Below, piece after piece: positions 10,613 through 21,596 of a stretch of 64,000 nt of DNA. The notes below the pieces were generated by a model. That model searched no databases. It saw only the letters and a list, made by a program, of their open reading frames with translations, and was not told the origin of the DNA. The first letter of the stretch is position 1, and the number at the start of each line of letters is the position of its first letter. The DNA lies in the NCBI GenBank assembly GCA_963845755.1, contig CAWJTV010000020.1, positions 320,001 through 384,000 on the forward strand, written 5' to 3'. Source of the stretch: an uncultured Planctomycetota bacterium (GTDB lineage Bacteria > Planctomycetota > Planctomycetia > Isosphaerales > Isosphaeraceae). Both the position numbers and the translations under genes were made by a program.

Positions 10613-10769
10613 CGTCCCTTCAGCGGTCATTGGGACAACACCGGGCCGCCGTCGCCACGCGACGGCGGCCCATCGTGCTTTCCAGGGTGGCCGAACGGAT
10701 CGGCAAGAGTCGTCTGGCGTGTCCAGAGGCTTCGACCAGCGACTCCGGCACGCTTGCGACGTACTTACC

Positions 10770-13061
10770 TCAAGCCGGCTCATGGGCCGAACTCGGCGGC
10801 AAGCCCTGGCACCACCTGCGCCAGATCTGTCGGTAGACCTGCTCAACATTGCGTGCGAATCGGTGGGCGTCCATGAGCGGTGACCGCGCCATCCGCTCAC
10901 GCAACGTCCCGCGCAATTCTTGGAGGCGGGGCAGATCGCCGGCCAGTTGGGCGGCGATCGCCACGAACTGCTCCGGAGTTTCCGCGGCCATTTCTTTCAG
11001 GTCCAGATTGCACAACTGGCTCCAGCCCGCCCGGCCGACAACCGTCTTGCCCAGCAGAGTAAGGGTGGGAACCCCCATCCAGAACGCGTCCAGGCTGGTG
11101 GTGTGTCCATTGTAAGGCAACGGATCCAGACCCAGATCGATCTGATGGTAGATCTTCAGGTAGTCCGCCCGGGGACGCTTGTCGGCAAACGCCACGCGTG
11201 CGCCCGCGATCCCTTCCTGGTAGAGCCTGGCCAGCACCCTCTCCCGCACTGGACCCGGGGGGGCCAGCAACACGAGGCGTGACCTCGGCACCGTCCGGAG
11301 CACCTGGGCCCAGAGCGCCAGACTCCCGTCGTTGATCTTGCAGAAGTTGTTCAAGCAGCCGAAAGTCAGCGTGCCGGCTTCGAGGGCAGGAAGCCCATTG
11401 ACGCACGGCTGGTCGGTCAACGGGTCGTAACACCAGAAGGTGTCCGGCAGTCGCAGCGAGACTTCCGAATAGAAATCATCGAAGAGCCCCGGCGGATCGA
11501 GGTAGGGATCGGTGAGTCGGTAGTCGATGGTCGATAAGCCCGTCGTCCCGGGATATCCCAGCCAGGTCACTTGCACCGGCGCCGGCTTGCGGGCAAAGAC
11601 CAGGAGCCGGTTGTCTGCCGTGTGCATCCTCAGGTCGACGAGGATGTCGATCTGGTCGCTCCGCACCAGGTCGGCAGCCTGGGCGTCGGAGAGCCCCACG
11701 AGGCTTCGGCAGACGTCGGCATAGCCGCCAACCCGGCCTGTCGAGGTGTCAAGCTGTGCCTCCTGGGCATAGCAGAAGATTTCGAATTGGCCGTGGTCGT
11801 GGTTCGCGAGGAGGGGGACCGTGAGGCAGGATTCGGGATGATCGCCAAATTGCGGCGACAGGTAACCGACCCGCAAACGCCGCGCGGGGTCCCGTAGATT
11901 CTCATGCGGCTGTATTTCCCGCTTGAGCGATTCGGCATGCCGTTGGTTCCAATCTCGGCATTCTTCCCAGATCGCCCGTTGGTCGTAATGGGGATGATAC
12001 AGCAAGGTCAGTATCAGATTACTGTGAAAGTTGGCGGCGGCCGGCTTCAACTCGAGTGCGGTCCGATAGGCCGCGATCGCATCATCAACCTGGCCCTGAG
12101 CCTTGAGACAGTTGCCGAGATTCAGGTGAGCCTCCGAGTAATCCGGCTTGAGACCAATCGCCCGCCGATAGCAGATCGCGGCCTCCTCCAGTCTCTCCTG
12201 GCTCCAGAGCGAAACACCCAGGTTATAGGCGGCCTCGGCATAGTCCGGCTTGAGGCGAAGGGCCTGCCGCAAACAGGAGTCCGCTTCCTCGAACTGCCCG
12301 AGTTCCCGGAGGGCATTGCCCAGGTTGCTGTAGGCCTCGGCATGGTCAGGCCTGATGCGCACAGCCTGCCGATACGAGGTCACGGCCGCGTCCAGCCTCT
12401 CTTGCACCCGGAAGGCATTCCCCAGTTCGAGAAGGGCCGCGGAATAGTTCGGCCTGATGCGAAGGGCCTGTTGAAAGTGGTTCACAGCCTCCTCCAGCCT
12501 TCCCAGGCTCATGAGGGCAGTCCCCAGGCTGTGGTGGGCCTCGGGGTAGTCGGCCCTGAGGCGAAGGGCGTTCTGCAAACTCGCTACGGCCACCACCGGC
12601 TGCCCCTGGTGCAAGAGGGCATATCCCAGATGGCAGTGGGCCTCGGCATGATCCGGCCGGAGATGCGCGGCTCGCTGAAAACTCGCCGCAGCCTCGTCCA
12701 GGTTCCCCTGGTATTGCAGGGCGATTCCCAGGCCGAAGTGAGCTCGGGCGTACTCCGGCCTGACGCGCAACGCCTGCCGGAAGCTGTCCACGGCCTCCTC
12801 CAGCTTCTGCTGGACCGCCAGCTCGATGCCCAGGTCGTTATGTGCCTCGGCGAAATCGGGGTTGAGGCGAAGCGCGGCCTGGAAGTAATCGATTGCCAGA
12901 TCGTTCCGACCCGCCCGACCCGCGATCAACCCCATGAGATGCAGGGCGCCGAAATGGCCGGCATCTCCTTGCACGATCTGGCGGCAAAGCTGATCCGCCT
13001 GCGGCAGTCGACCGGCTTCGAACTGTTCCCAGGCCATCCGGAATGCTTGGGGGATCGACAT
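10770..13061 (-). CDS. TPR-repeat O-GlcNAc transferase/SPINDLY-like (GT41) protein
   Basis: About 10 TPRs ('AEAYSNLGNALRELG'), then 'RLRVGYLS', 'DQIDILVDL', 'KPAPVQVTWLGYPGTTG', 'PYNGHTTSLDAFWMGVP'. Confidence 0.9.
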   Translation of the reverse strand: MSIPQAFRMAWEQFEAGRLPQADQLCRQIVQGDAGHFGALHLMGLIAGRAGRNDLAIDYFQAALRLNPDFAEAHNDLGIELAVQQKLEEAVDSFRQALRVRPEYARAHFGLGIALQYQGNLDEAAASFQRAAHLRPDHAEAHCHLGYALLHQGQPVVAVASLQNALRLRADYPEAHHSLGTALMSLGRLEEAVNHFQQALRIRPNYSAALLELGNAFRVQERLDAAVTSYRQAVRIRPDHAEAYSNLGNALRELGQFEEADSCLRQALRLKPDYAEAAYNLGVSLWSQERLEEAAICYRRAIGLKPDYSEAHLNLGNCLKAQGQVDDAIAAYRTALELKPAAANFHSNLILTLLYHPHYDQRAIWEECRDWNQRHAESLKREIQPHENLRDPARRLRVGYLSPQFGDHPESCLTVPLLANHDHGQFEIFCYAQEAQLDTSTGRVGGYADVCRSLVGLSDAQAADLVRSDQIDILVDLRMHTADNRLLVFARKPAPVQVTWLGYPGTTGLSTIDYRLTDPYLDPPGLFDDFYSEVSLRLPDTFWCYDPLTDQPCVNGLPALEAGTLTFGCLNNFCKINDGSLALWAQVLRTVPRSRLVLLAPPGPVRERVLARLYQEGIAGARVAFADKRPRADYLKIYHQIDLGLDPLPYNGHTTSLDAFWMGVPTLTLLGKTVVGRAGWSQLCNLDLKEMAAETPEQFVAIAAQLAGDLPRLQELRGTLRERMARSPLMDAHRFARNVEQVYRQIWRRWCQGLPPSSAHEPA

Positions 13062-13256
13062 CGTGAAGTCCTCGAGCGGCTCGCGGTTACCTTCCCGAAC
13101 CATCGGCCTCCCGCTACACTGGGATGGTGGGCCCGATGAGGAAACCGTCACACCGGACATCGACTTGCTCCGATGATATTCAGTTCGTCGAATGGCCGCC
13201 AGGAGAGTCACCGCGACCCGATCCGGCGGCTGAGATATGATGATCTGGCCTCGATC

Positions 13257-14126
13257 ATGGCCGGCAAGTTCGCTCGCGGAACGGGCGAGGGGAGCGCGGA
13301 GAAGACGTCGGTTCCATCCACGGCGTCGCCATGGCTGCCGCAAGGCCACTCGGGCCGTCGGTTCGTGATCGTTGCCGGGTTCACGGTCCTCGCGATCTGG
13401 GGAGTGTTGTTTCTCGTCTTTCGGGACTGGCGTGCGCGATACCGCGAACGCGCCGCCTACGGCGCAACCCAGGTTGTTCCGGCGATCGACCGCATCGCGG
13501 AGACCATCCCGCTCGACGTGGACCAGGCCGCCTGGCGCGACGCCGTCCGCCGAACCCACGACATGCTGCTGACCGTCACCTCCTCGAACCTGCTCGGCAC
13601 GGACAAGATGCGGGCCCTTCGCTCCGAGCTCGACCGGACGGTGAGCCGAGTTCAAGCCCATCCCGAGTCGGCCGTCGCTGAGTTAGCCGGCGTGTGGGAT
13701 GACATGGCCGAACGCGGGGAGTTCCTATTCAAAGATAGCCGATCTACTAGCGGCGATCGCCATACTCGACCGAAGATCCTCCCTTCCTACGGAGAATCAC
13801 GGGTCGTCTCGGCGCTGCGGCCCCTGGTCCGCTTCGCACCACCAGGTGTCGATTCGGCTGATTGGCGTGACGCCGTCAGCCGGACGGCTACGATGCTCCT
13901 GACGGTGGTCGACTCGAACTGGCTCAGCATGACCCAGAAGAAAGCCCTGCGGACCGATCTGGATCAAGCGGTCGCCAAGGCCATGGCAGATCCAGACTCG
14001 GCCGTCGAGGAAATGGCTCGGTTGTGGGACTCCGTTGCCGACCGGTACCGGTCGCCGCTCAAGAACAGCCGCTCCGGCGGCGACGACCGCTTCGCGCGAC
14101 CAAAGGTCCTGCCGCTTCGTGATTAG
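13257..14126 (+). CDS. Hypothetical single-TM protein with two tandem 110-aa repeats
   Basis: One TM helix, then two homologous units starting at 13458 and 13788. Confidence 0.7.
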   Translation: MAGKFARGTGEGSAEKTSVPSTASPWLPQGHSGRRFVIVAGFTVLAIWGVLFLVFRDWRARYRERAAYGATQVVPAIDRIAETIPLDVDQAAWRDAVRRTHDMLLTVTSSNLLGTDKMRALRSELDRTVSRVQAHPESAVAELAGVWDDMAERGEFLFKDSRSTSGDRHTRPKILPSYGESRVVSALRPLVRFAPPGVDSADWRDAVSRTATMLLTVVDSNWLSMTQKKALRTDLDQAVAKAMADPDSAVEEMARLWDSVADRYRSPLKNSRSGGDDRFARPKVLPLRD

Positions 14127-15046
14127 TCCCTGGTATCCGGCAGCTCCGCCCATCGCGCTTTCAACGTGTGGGCCAGGCTGAGGAATTCCTCGACGTTGAG
14201 CGACTCGGCCCGGAGCTGGCCGCTGAATCCCTGCGACTCGAGCCAGGCATCCACGTCGGTCTTGGTCCAGTGCTCGCGCCAGAGCCCGGCCAGCACGTGC
14301 CGGATGTATTTGCGGCGGTGGAGGAACACACGGCGGACGAGTTCGTGGAACCACGCGACGTCGCCGACCTCCGCGCGTTTGGCGGCGTTCGGCCGGATGG
14401 CGACGATCGCCGAGTTGACCTTGGGCCGGGGCCAGAAGACCGTCGGCGGCAGCGTACGAACGATCGTCACCTCCGCCAGGGCCTGGACTACGACCGAGAC
14501 CGCTCCATACGACGAGCTCGCGGGCGGGGCACACAACCGATCGGCCAGTTCGCGCTGGATCGTCACCACCATCAGGGCCGGACAGAGGTCGTGATGAATG
14601 AGCAGGTTCGCGATCACCGGGGTCGCGACGTGATAGGGTAGGTTTGCGACGAGCTTGAAACGTAGGCCGGACTCTGCGGCCAGTCCAGAACGTACGGCGT
14701 CGAGTACTTCGGGGCTCAGGGTGTGCTTCCCCTCCAGCGCATCGCGATGGAGCACGCGGACATTCGGCAGCCCGGCGACCGCCTCGGAGGTCAGCTTCAC
14801 CATGGCCGGGTCGACGTCCACCGCCACCACGGCGGCACCCCGCGAGGCCATCAGCGAGGTCAACGCACCCGTCCCCGACCCGACCTCGAGGATCACGTCA
14901 CCCGAGCCCACTTCGGCCGACTTCACGATCAATTCGTGAATGTTCAAGTCGATCAGGAAATTCTGACCCCACTGGCGCCTCGGAGAGATGCCGCGCCGGT
15001 CGAACAGGCTCCGGAGGTACGACTGCGTCTGTCGGATCGGTTGCAT
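14123..15046 (-). CDS. rsmA: 16S rRNA m6,2A1518/1519 dimethyltransferase
   Basis: 'GQNFLID', 'LEVGSGTG', 'VANLPY', 'FWPRPKVNSAIV', 'RAESL'. Confidence 0.95.
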   Translation of the reverse strand: MQPIRQTQSYLRSLFDRRGISPRRQWGQNFLIDLNIHELIVKSAEVGSGDVILEVGSGTGALTSLMASRGAAVVAVDVDPAMVKLTSEAVAGLPNVRVLHRDALEGKHTLSPEVLDAVRSGLAAESGLRFKLVANLPYHVATPVIANLLIHHDLCPALMVVTIQRELADRLCAPPASSSYGAVSVVVQALAEVTIVRTLPPTVFWPRPKVNSAIVAIRPNAAKRAEVGDVAWFHELVRRVFLHRRKYIRHVLAGLWREHWTKTDVDAWLESQGFSGQLRAESLNVEEFLSLAHTLKARWAELPDTRD

Positions 15047-15192
15047 GTGTAGGAGACGCTCAGAGCTTGTGAAAGGATCGGATTCAACATTCCGAATTCA
15101 CGATTCAAGAATCCCAAGTCTCCGATTCATCAGGCTTAACATCCAATCAGAAGCCTGAATTTGTGATTCTGAATCGACTCTTTCACCGCGGC

Positions 15193-15786
15193 TCAACTCG
15201 CCAGCAGCTTCTGCACGTGCTTGGCAAGGATATCGGTCTCGATATTCACCCGGTCTCCGGGATGGATGAGGCCCAGAGTGGTGACGGCGAGCGTATGGGG
15301 GATGAGCATGACCGAGAACCCGTAGTGCCGGGCCTCGACCAGGGTGAGGCTGACGCCGTCGATGGCGATCGAGCCTTTGGGGACCAGGAGTGGCGTCCAG
15401 TCCGGATCGATCACGAACGAGAGAAACTCCCACTCTCCCTCCGTGCGTCGTTCGCGGAGCGTGGCGGTCGTGTCGACGTGTCCCTGGACGAAATGCCCCC
15501 CGAGGCGGTCGCCGAACCGGAGTGCCCGTTCGAGGTTGACACGGTCGCCCGGCTTCTTGTCGCCGAGGTTCGTACGGGCCAGGGTTTCCGGACCGGCCTG
15601 GACCTCGAAACGATCGCCCTCGGCCGCGACGACCGTCAGGCAGCAACCGTTGATTGCCACGCTCTCACCGAGCGTCAAGGGGTCGGCGGCAGGGAGGTCC
15701 GGCCAGGAAATCGTGAAACGAAAGCCCGAGCCCTCGTTCTCGCACAACTCGACTCGGCCGAGGCATTCCACCAATCCCGTGAACAT
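15193..15786 (-). CDS. ribE: Riboflavin synthase (alpha chain)
   Basis: MFTGLVE start, 'GESVAINGCCLTV', 'RLGGHFVQGHVD', 'KGSIAIDGVSLT', 'VNIETD'. Confidence 0.95.
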   Translation of the reverse strand: MFTGLVECLGRVELCENEGSGFRFTISWPDLPAADPLTLGESVAINGCCLTVVAAEGDRFEVQAGPETLARTNLGDKKPGDRVNLERALRFGDRLGGHFVQGHVDTTATLRERRTEGEWEFLSFVIDPDWTPLLVPKGSIAIDGVSLTLVEARHYGFSVMLIPHTLAVTTLGLIHPGDRVNIETDILAKHVQKLLAS

Positions 15787-16026
15787 GCACCACCTCTCCC
15801 ATTCGACTGCACTTCCCGACCCGCTGGTCTATGGTAGCACAGGATCGGGCCGGTTAGAATCGCAGGGTACGTCGCCCGGTACCGCCGTGCGACGAACGCG
15901 AGTGAGACTCTAGCTTCTTTCGATCCAACCCGATCCGATCCGACGTCCTCTTGCGAAGCCGTCCCCGGGCGTACGGGGCGGGATGATCTGTTCCAGCGAC
16001 TCTGGCACCGGGGAGACCCTAGCGAG

Positions 16027-16939
16027 ATGAAACCTCCTCTGAATCGCCGCGACTTCATGGCACAGGCGACCGCCTCCGCGACGGTCGCACTGGCTGCGAG
16101 CACGACCGTGGCTTCTGCCGCGGCCGGCCGTGACCGTTCCGCGTTGCCCAAGAGCCCGGCCGACAAGGTCACGCTCGGCAAGACCGGCATCCAGGTCTCG
16201 CTGGTCGGGATGGGTACCGGCAGCATCGGCTCCGGCCAGGCCAGCAACCAGACCCGGCTCGGGGTCAAGGAATTCGGCCGGGTCGTTCGCCACGCCGTCG
16301 ACCACGGGGTCTGCCTGTTCGACGTGGCCGATCAGTACGGCTCGCACGTCTATCTCCGCGAGGCCCTCAAGGGTGTCCCTCGCGACCAGTACGTCATCCA
16401 GACCAAGACCCACGCGACCCGTTTCGCCGACGCCAAGAGCCACCTGGAACGCTACCGGCTGGAACTGGGTGTCGATTACATCGATATCGTCCTGCTGCAC
16501 TGCATGCAGAAGAACGCCTGGCAGCACGACCATACAGGCTCGATGGAATACCTCATGAAGGCCAAGGAGGAGAAGATCATCCGCGCCCATGGCACGAGCT
16601 GCCATGGAATGCCCCCCTTACGCACTTCCGCCAAGGAGCCCTTCGTCGAAGTCGACCTGGCGCGGATCAACCCGGAAGGGTTGAAAATGGACAACGAGCA
16701 AAAGCCCGACGAGGTGGCCTCGGTCCTCGAGGAGATGCACAACGCCGGCAAAGGGATCATCGGCATGAAGATCCTGGGCGAGGGGCAGATCAATACGCCC
16801 GAGCGGAAGGATGCGTCCTTGCGCTTCGTCCTGGGCCTTGGAACCGTTCAACGCGTTCATCATCGGTTTCGAGTCCACGGCTCAAATCGATGACATCCTC
16901 AAGCGCACCAGCGATGCCCTGGCGTTCCTCAAGGGTTGA
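16027..16939 (+). CDS. Tat-exported aldo/keto reductase, frameshift near 16850
   Basis: 'NRRDFM' Tat motif; 'LGKTGIQVSLVGMGT', 'FDVADQYG', 'IQTK', 'YIDIVLLH'; tail 'AFIIGFESTAQIDD' is in a shifted frame. Confidence 0.85.
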
Positions 16940-17045
16940 TCGCGATGGCCACGCACACCGTAGAGCGGCTCCCGACGGGCTCGGCGACGCAACGATCAAT
17001 GCAAGTCGCACGCAGCCTGTCGGGAAATCACCAGATCGGCCGGTG

Positions 17046-17315
17046 CGTTGAAGGTAGGTGGAGGCTGAGTGGGGATTTCGGTTGACGGGAGGTTCTCCGT
17101 GGCCAACCCTGGAATCGTCTGATAATGGGAGCGGGCAACTGCAAGGGGTTCTTGGCCACAATCAGGCCTGCGTGCTCTCCGTAGTGTGCTCTTTAGCACC
17201 AGAGATGGTGAGCACGGGGGATCGGTGCTCAACCGAGTACCCCACAGACCCATGTGCAACCCAAACTCAACCGTAATGGTTGCGTAGTCGCAAGGGTGTT
17301 GACCACCTGCGAACG
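17046..17315 (+). ncRNA. Candidate structured non-coding RNA, unassigned family
   Basis: At least nine mutually compatible nested helices in an intergenic gap (see findings); G-U pairs favour the + strand. Confidence 0.55.
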
Positions 17316-17380
17316 TCATCGCCCCTTCGGTTCCGTCTCATCGCCAAGGCTGGTAAGTCAGTGAGACCGCGCCGCAACCT

Positions 17381-17563
17381 TCAGGGAGTCTCCGCCTCGG
17401 ACGGCTGCTCACCGTGATGCATCGCGTGCCAGGCGACACTCCGCGGGACCGGATGCGAGTCCTTTGCCGACACATAACTCGCAAGTTGAGGCGTGAAATA
17501 GACCACCGCAGCGACAATCAAGATCATCGCTAACCAGACCAGCATGTCCCCGATTTGCCTCAT
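17381..17563 (-). CDS. Small (60 aa) single-TM protein
   Basis: Strong RBS GAGGAGG before ATG; hydrophobic 'MLVWLAMILIVAAVVYF'. Confidence 0.65.
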   Translation of the reverse strand: MRQIGDMLVWLAMILIVAAVVYFTPQLASYVSAKDSHPVPRSVAWHAMHHGEQPSEAETP

Positions 17564-18108
17564 GACGGATTGCCTCCTCGACTGTTCTTCTCGCGAAGCC
17601 CGCGTTCGTTTCGCTTACAGGTTGAAACGCCTCAAGCGCGCTTCGCTCGACGTTCGCACCGAACAATCATCACTCTCATCCCCCATCATTCCCATCTCAA
17701 CCCGATTTGCGACGATCGCACCACCCATCCATGATGAAGGATTATGGAATCGCTTCCGCAAAACGGGCAGACGTCCATAACGATTCAGGCTGACACCAAG
17801 CTCTATCAGTAGATTCGATGTCATCCCGCACAGCGTTCTGAATTTTTTGGGAAAAATCACTGGCCGGATGGCCCCGCGCTGCTCCTGAGGAACACGAGAG
17901 GCTCTGTGGGAACACTAGATGATTTTGCGGTTTTTGTCTGCGACAAATTCACGCATTATCTGGACCAATTTTAGATTCCGAATCGCGACATACGTTGTGA
18001 AAAGAGAACACAGCGCATGGAGAGTGAGGAAAAGACCACCAAGGATGGAGTTTTGCTCAAAACTGACAAGAGGTTACGTCAGAACCAGGCTGGAAGAGGG
18101 TCAGCAAC

Positions 18109-21100
18109 ATGATGAAAAACAAGCTCGGTACCCATCGGTTCCACAATTGGATTCGAACTTCGCGTTTCCTGGGAGCTCTGTTCACTCTGATGGGTGGGGT
18201 ACATTCCATCGAGGCAGCCGAGTTCCAACTTGGCGGGCGGACGTTTCGCATCCCGGACGGGTTTGTGATCGAGCAGGTTGCCGGGCCACCGCTCGTCGAA
18301 CGACCGATCACGGCCGCATTCGACGAGATGGGGCGGCTGTATGTCGCCGACTCTTCCGGGTCCAACGAGCAGGTGCAGAAGCAGCTTCAGGAGAAGCCCC
18401 ACCGAATTCTACGCCTGGAGGATAGTAACCGTGACGGGAAATTTGAGAAGAGGACCGTATTCGCCGAAAGGATGATGTTCCCCGAGGGAACGATGTGGCA
18501 CGACGGATCGCTTTACGTAGCGGCTCCGCCGAGCATCTGGAAGCTGACCGACACCGACGGCGACGGCGTGGCCGATCAGCGAACCGAGTGGTTTCAGGGT
18601 AAGACGCTCAACGGCTGTGCGAACGACCTCCACGGCCCGTATCTCGGCCCCGACGGCTGGATCTACTGGTGCAAAGGGGCTTTTGAACGTCAGACGTACG
18701 AGCGCCCGGGCAAGACGCCCTTCGTCACCCGCGCGGCCCACATCTTCCGGTGCCGTCCGGATGGTAGCGGTATCGAACCGGTTATGAGCGGCGGCATGGA
18801 TAACCCCGTGGATGTCACGTTCACGGCTGGTGGCGAACGGATCTTTACAACGACATTCCTGATCAATCCCAGCGGAGGACAGCGCGACGGTCTCATCCAC
18901 GCAATTTACGGAGGCATTTATGGGAAGATCCACCCTCCCATATTCGAGCCCAGCCATCGATGGACCGGTCCCGAGGTCATGCCGGTTCTCCTTCACATGG
19001 GACCGGCCGCGCCCTGCGGATTGACCCGCTATGAGTCGGACGCCTTCGGCAAGGATTATCAGGACAACCTCTTCGCCTGCTACTTCAACCTCCACAAAGT
19101 CGGCCGGCACGTCCTTAAGCCTCAGGGGGCCACTTTTGCAACGCAGGACGAGGATTTCGTCACCAGTCCCGACCTCGACTTCCACCCGACCGACGTGATC
19201 GAGGATGCCGACGGCAGCTTGGTCATCGTCGATACGGGCGGCTGGTACAAGCTCTGCTGCCCAACCTCGCAGCTCCATAAGCCGGACGTGCTGGGGGCGA
19301 TTTATCGGGTCAGGCGGAAAGATGCGCCGAAAGTCGACGATCCGCGGGGGATGAAGCTGAGGCAGTACGGTCCGGCCCTGGGTACTGAGGATTTCCTCCC
19401 GTTACTCGAGGATCCCCGCCCGGCCGTGCAGCACTGGGCGATCGAATCGCTAGCGCGGACGGCGAACCTGGAATCGTGCGCGACCACGGAAAGCCAGCAG
19501 CGGATGGTTCTCACGGGACTCGAGAAGCGCCTGTGGCCGGAACCGTCGGTCCGGTTCCGGCGCAACGCCGTGTGGACCTACGCGCGGATCAACGATCCCG
19601 GGGCGCGATATCAGGTCCGCGAATTCCTCAAGGACCCCGACGAGACCGTCCGACAGTCCGCGATCCACGTGGCGGGCCTCTGGCGCGATCGCGAGGCGGC
19701 GGCCCGACTCATGGAGCTGCTCAAAGGCCCGTCGGCCCAGAACCGACGCGCGTCGGCCGAAGCGCTGGGAAGGATCGGCGACAAAGCCGCCGTGCCGGCG
19801 CTGACTAGAGGCCGCCGGATCGGCCAGCGATCGCATCACCGAGCACTCGATCACCTATGCGCTGATCGAGATCGCCGATCCCCAGAGGACGGCGGAGGGC
19901 TTGCAGGGCAAGAACGCTCGAGTTACCCGCGCGGCGATGGTCGCGCTCGATCAGATGGACGGCGGCTCGCTCGACCCGAGATTCGTCGCGGGCCTACTGG
20001 CGTCGAGTGATCCCGCACTCAAGGAGACGGCGTCGTGGATCGTCGGGCGGCACCGCGAGTGGGCCCAGGCGCTGGCTGGCGTCCTGGGCGATCGGCTGGA
20101 CCGGCCCGACCTCCCCGCGGCCGAGCGTACCGAGCTCGAACGACAACTGGGCCGGTTCGCGCAGGCGGCACCGATCCAGCAGGTCCTGGCCGCGCGCCTC
20201 CGCGATCCATCTGCTCCGCTGGCCGTGCGCCGGAGCTGCCTTCAGGCCATGGCCGGGGCGGACCTGCAGCTCAACGACCTGCCCGCCGCGTGGCTGGACG
20301 CGCTGACGGGCGTCCTCGAAGGCAAGCCCGCCGACGCACCCCTCGTCGCGCAGGCGGTCGCGACCCTGCGAACCCGGACTTCCTCCAAAGCCCGGCCTGG
20401 CGGCGTGTCCGCCTCCTTGCTACGAATCGCCGGCGACGCCAGGAATCCGGCTGAGCTCCGGCTCGACGCGATGGCCGCCATCCCCGGAGGACTGGCTAAT
20501 CCGCCTGAGAATTTATTCACGTTCTTGACCGGCAAGGTCGATCGCGACCAGTCCGTGGCCGCCCGGACGACGGCCGCCGACGTCCTGGCTCGGGCTCGGC
20601 TCGCGACCGAGCAGCTCTCCCGGCTGGCCGACTCCCTGCGGTCCTCAGGGCCAGTCGAGGTCGAGCGCCTACTCACCGCCTTCGAGCAATCGAGTGATGA
20701 GGCGATCGGCCTGAAGCTGGTCAAGATCCTCGGCGAATCCTCGGTCCTCACCAGCTTGAGGCCCGATGCACTCAAGGCTCACCTGTCGAAGTATGGACCG
20801 GCGGTTCAGAAATCGGCCGAGTCGCTTTACGCCCGTCTGAACGTCGACGCGGCCAAGCAGAAAGCCCAGCTCGAGCAGCTCCTGACCACCCTGTCGGCTG
20901 GCGATGTCCGGCGCGGCCAGCTCGTCTTCCATAGTGAGAAGGCCGCGTGTTTCTCCTGCCATGCCATCGGCTACCGTGGAGGAAACGTGGGACCCGACCT
21001 CACCCGGATCGGCTCGGTCCGCGCGGAGCGCGACCTACTGGAGGCCATCGTCTTTCCCAGCATCAGCTTCGTGCGCAGCTTCGAGCCGATTGCCGTGGCT

Positions 21101-21316
21101 ACCCAGGACGGCAAGGTATACAACGGACTGATCCGCGGCGAGACGGCCGACGAGCTCATCCTGGCCACCGGCGTCAACCAGGAAGCGCGGATCGCCCGAC
21201 GCGAGATCGAGGAGATGCGGCCCAGCACCGTCTCCGTCATGCCCGCCGGACTCGACCAGCAATTGACTCCCCAGGAACTTGCCGACCTCGTCGCGTTCCT
21301 GAAAGCCTGCCGATGA
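18109..21316 (+). CDS. PVC-type membrane-bound dehydrogenase-like beta-propeller + HEAT + cytochrome c (CxxCH) protein, frameshift near 19805
   Basis: 'AFDEMGRLYVADS', 'LEDSNRDG', 'FHPTDVIEDADGSL', HEAT repeats, C-terminal 'CFSCHAIG...GPDLT...SVMP...DLVAFL'. Confidence 0.9.
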
Positions 21317-21451
21317 GTCCCGACGTGGGGACGAGGGACGAGTCAGAAACGACACCTGCCGCTCTCCGGTTTTCTCGCTTTGCTCGTCCCTCGCCCCATC
21401 CCCCCACAGGCTCCGCGCCGCTGGTCCCACACCCCGCGACTCGGCAAAGTT

Positions 21452-21467
21452 TGGCATTCCGCTTGCA
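21452..21467 (+). promoter_or_regulatory. Sigma-54 promoter upstream of the EF-hand gene
   Basis: TGGCATTCCGCTTGCA = GG-N10-GC consensus. Confidence 0.65.
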
Positions 21468-21596
21468 GGAGAGAGTCGCTCAACAGTGGCCAGGGATGTT
21501 TGGGGCCGGAAGGCGTGTTCCGGCCTGGAGGGCCGCTTGCGCCACACGCCAGGATGGAAGACGATCGATTGAGTCCGTTCAAAGGAGGCTGCGTTT

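Noticed and set aside
15787..15910. FMN riboswitch upstream of ribE
   Set aside because: Only a short 'gaatgggagag' resemblance; the conserved T-loop hairpins are absent
16971..17315. tmRNA, RNase P, SRP or group II intron identity for the structured region
   Set aside because: No tRNA-like ends, no GAGGAAAGUCC, no SRP helix-8 motif, no domain V
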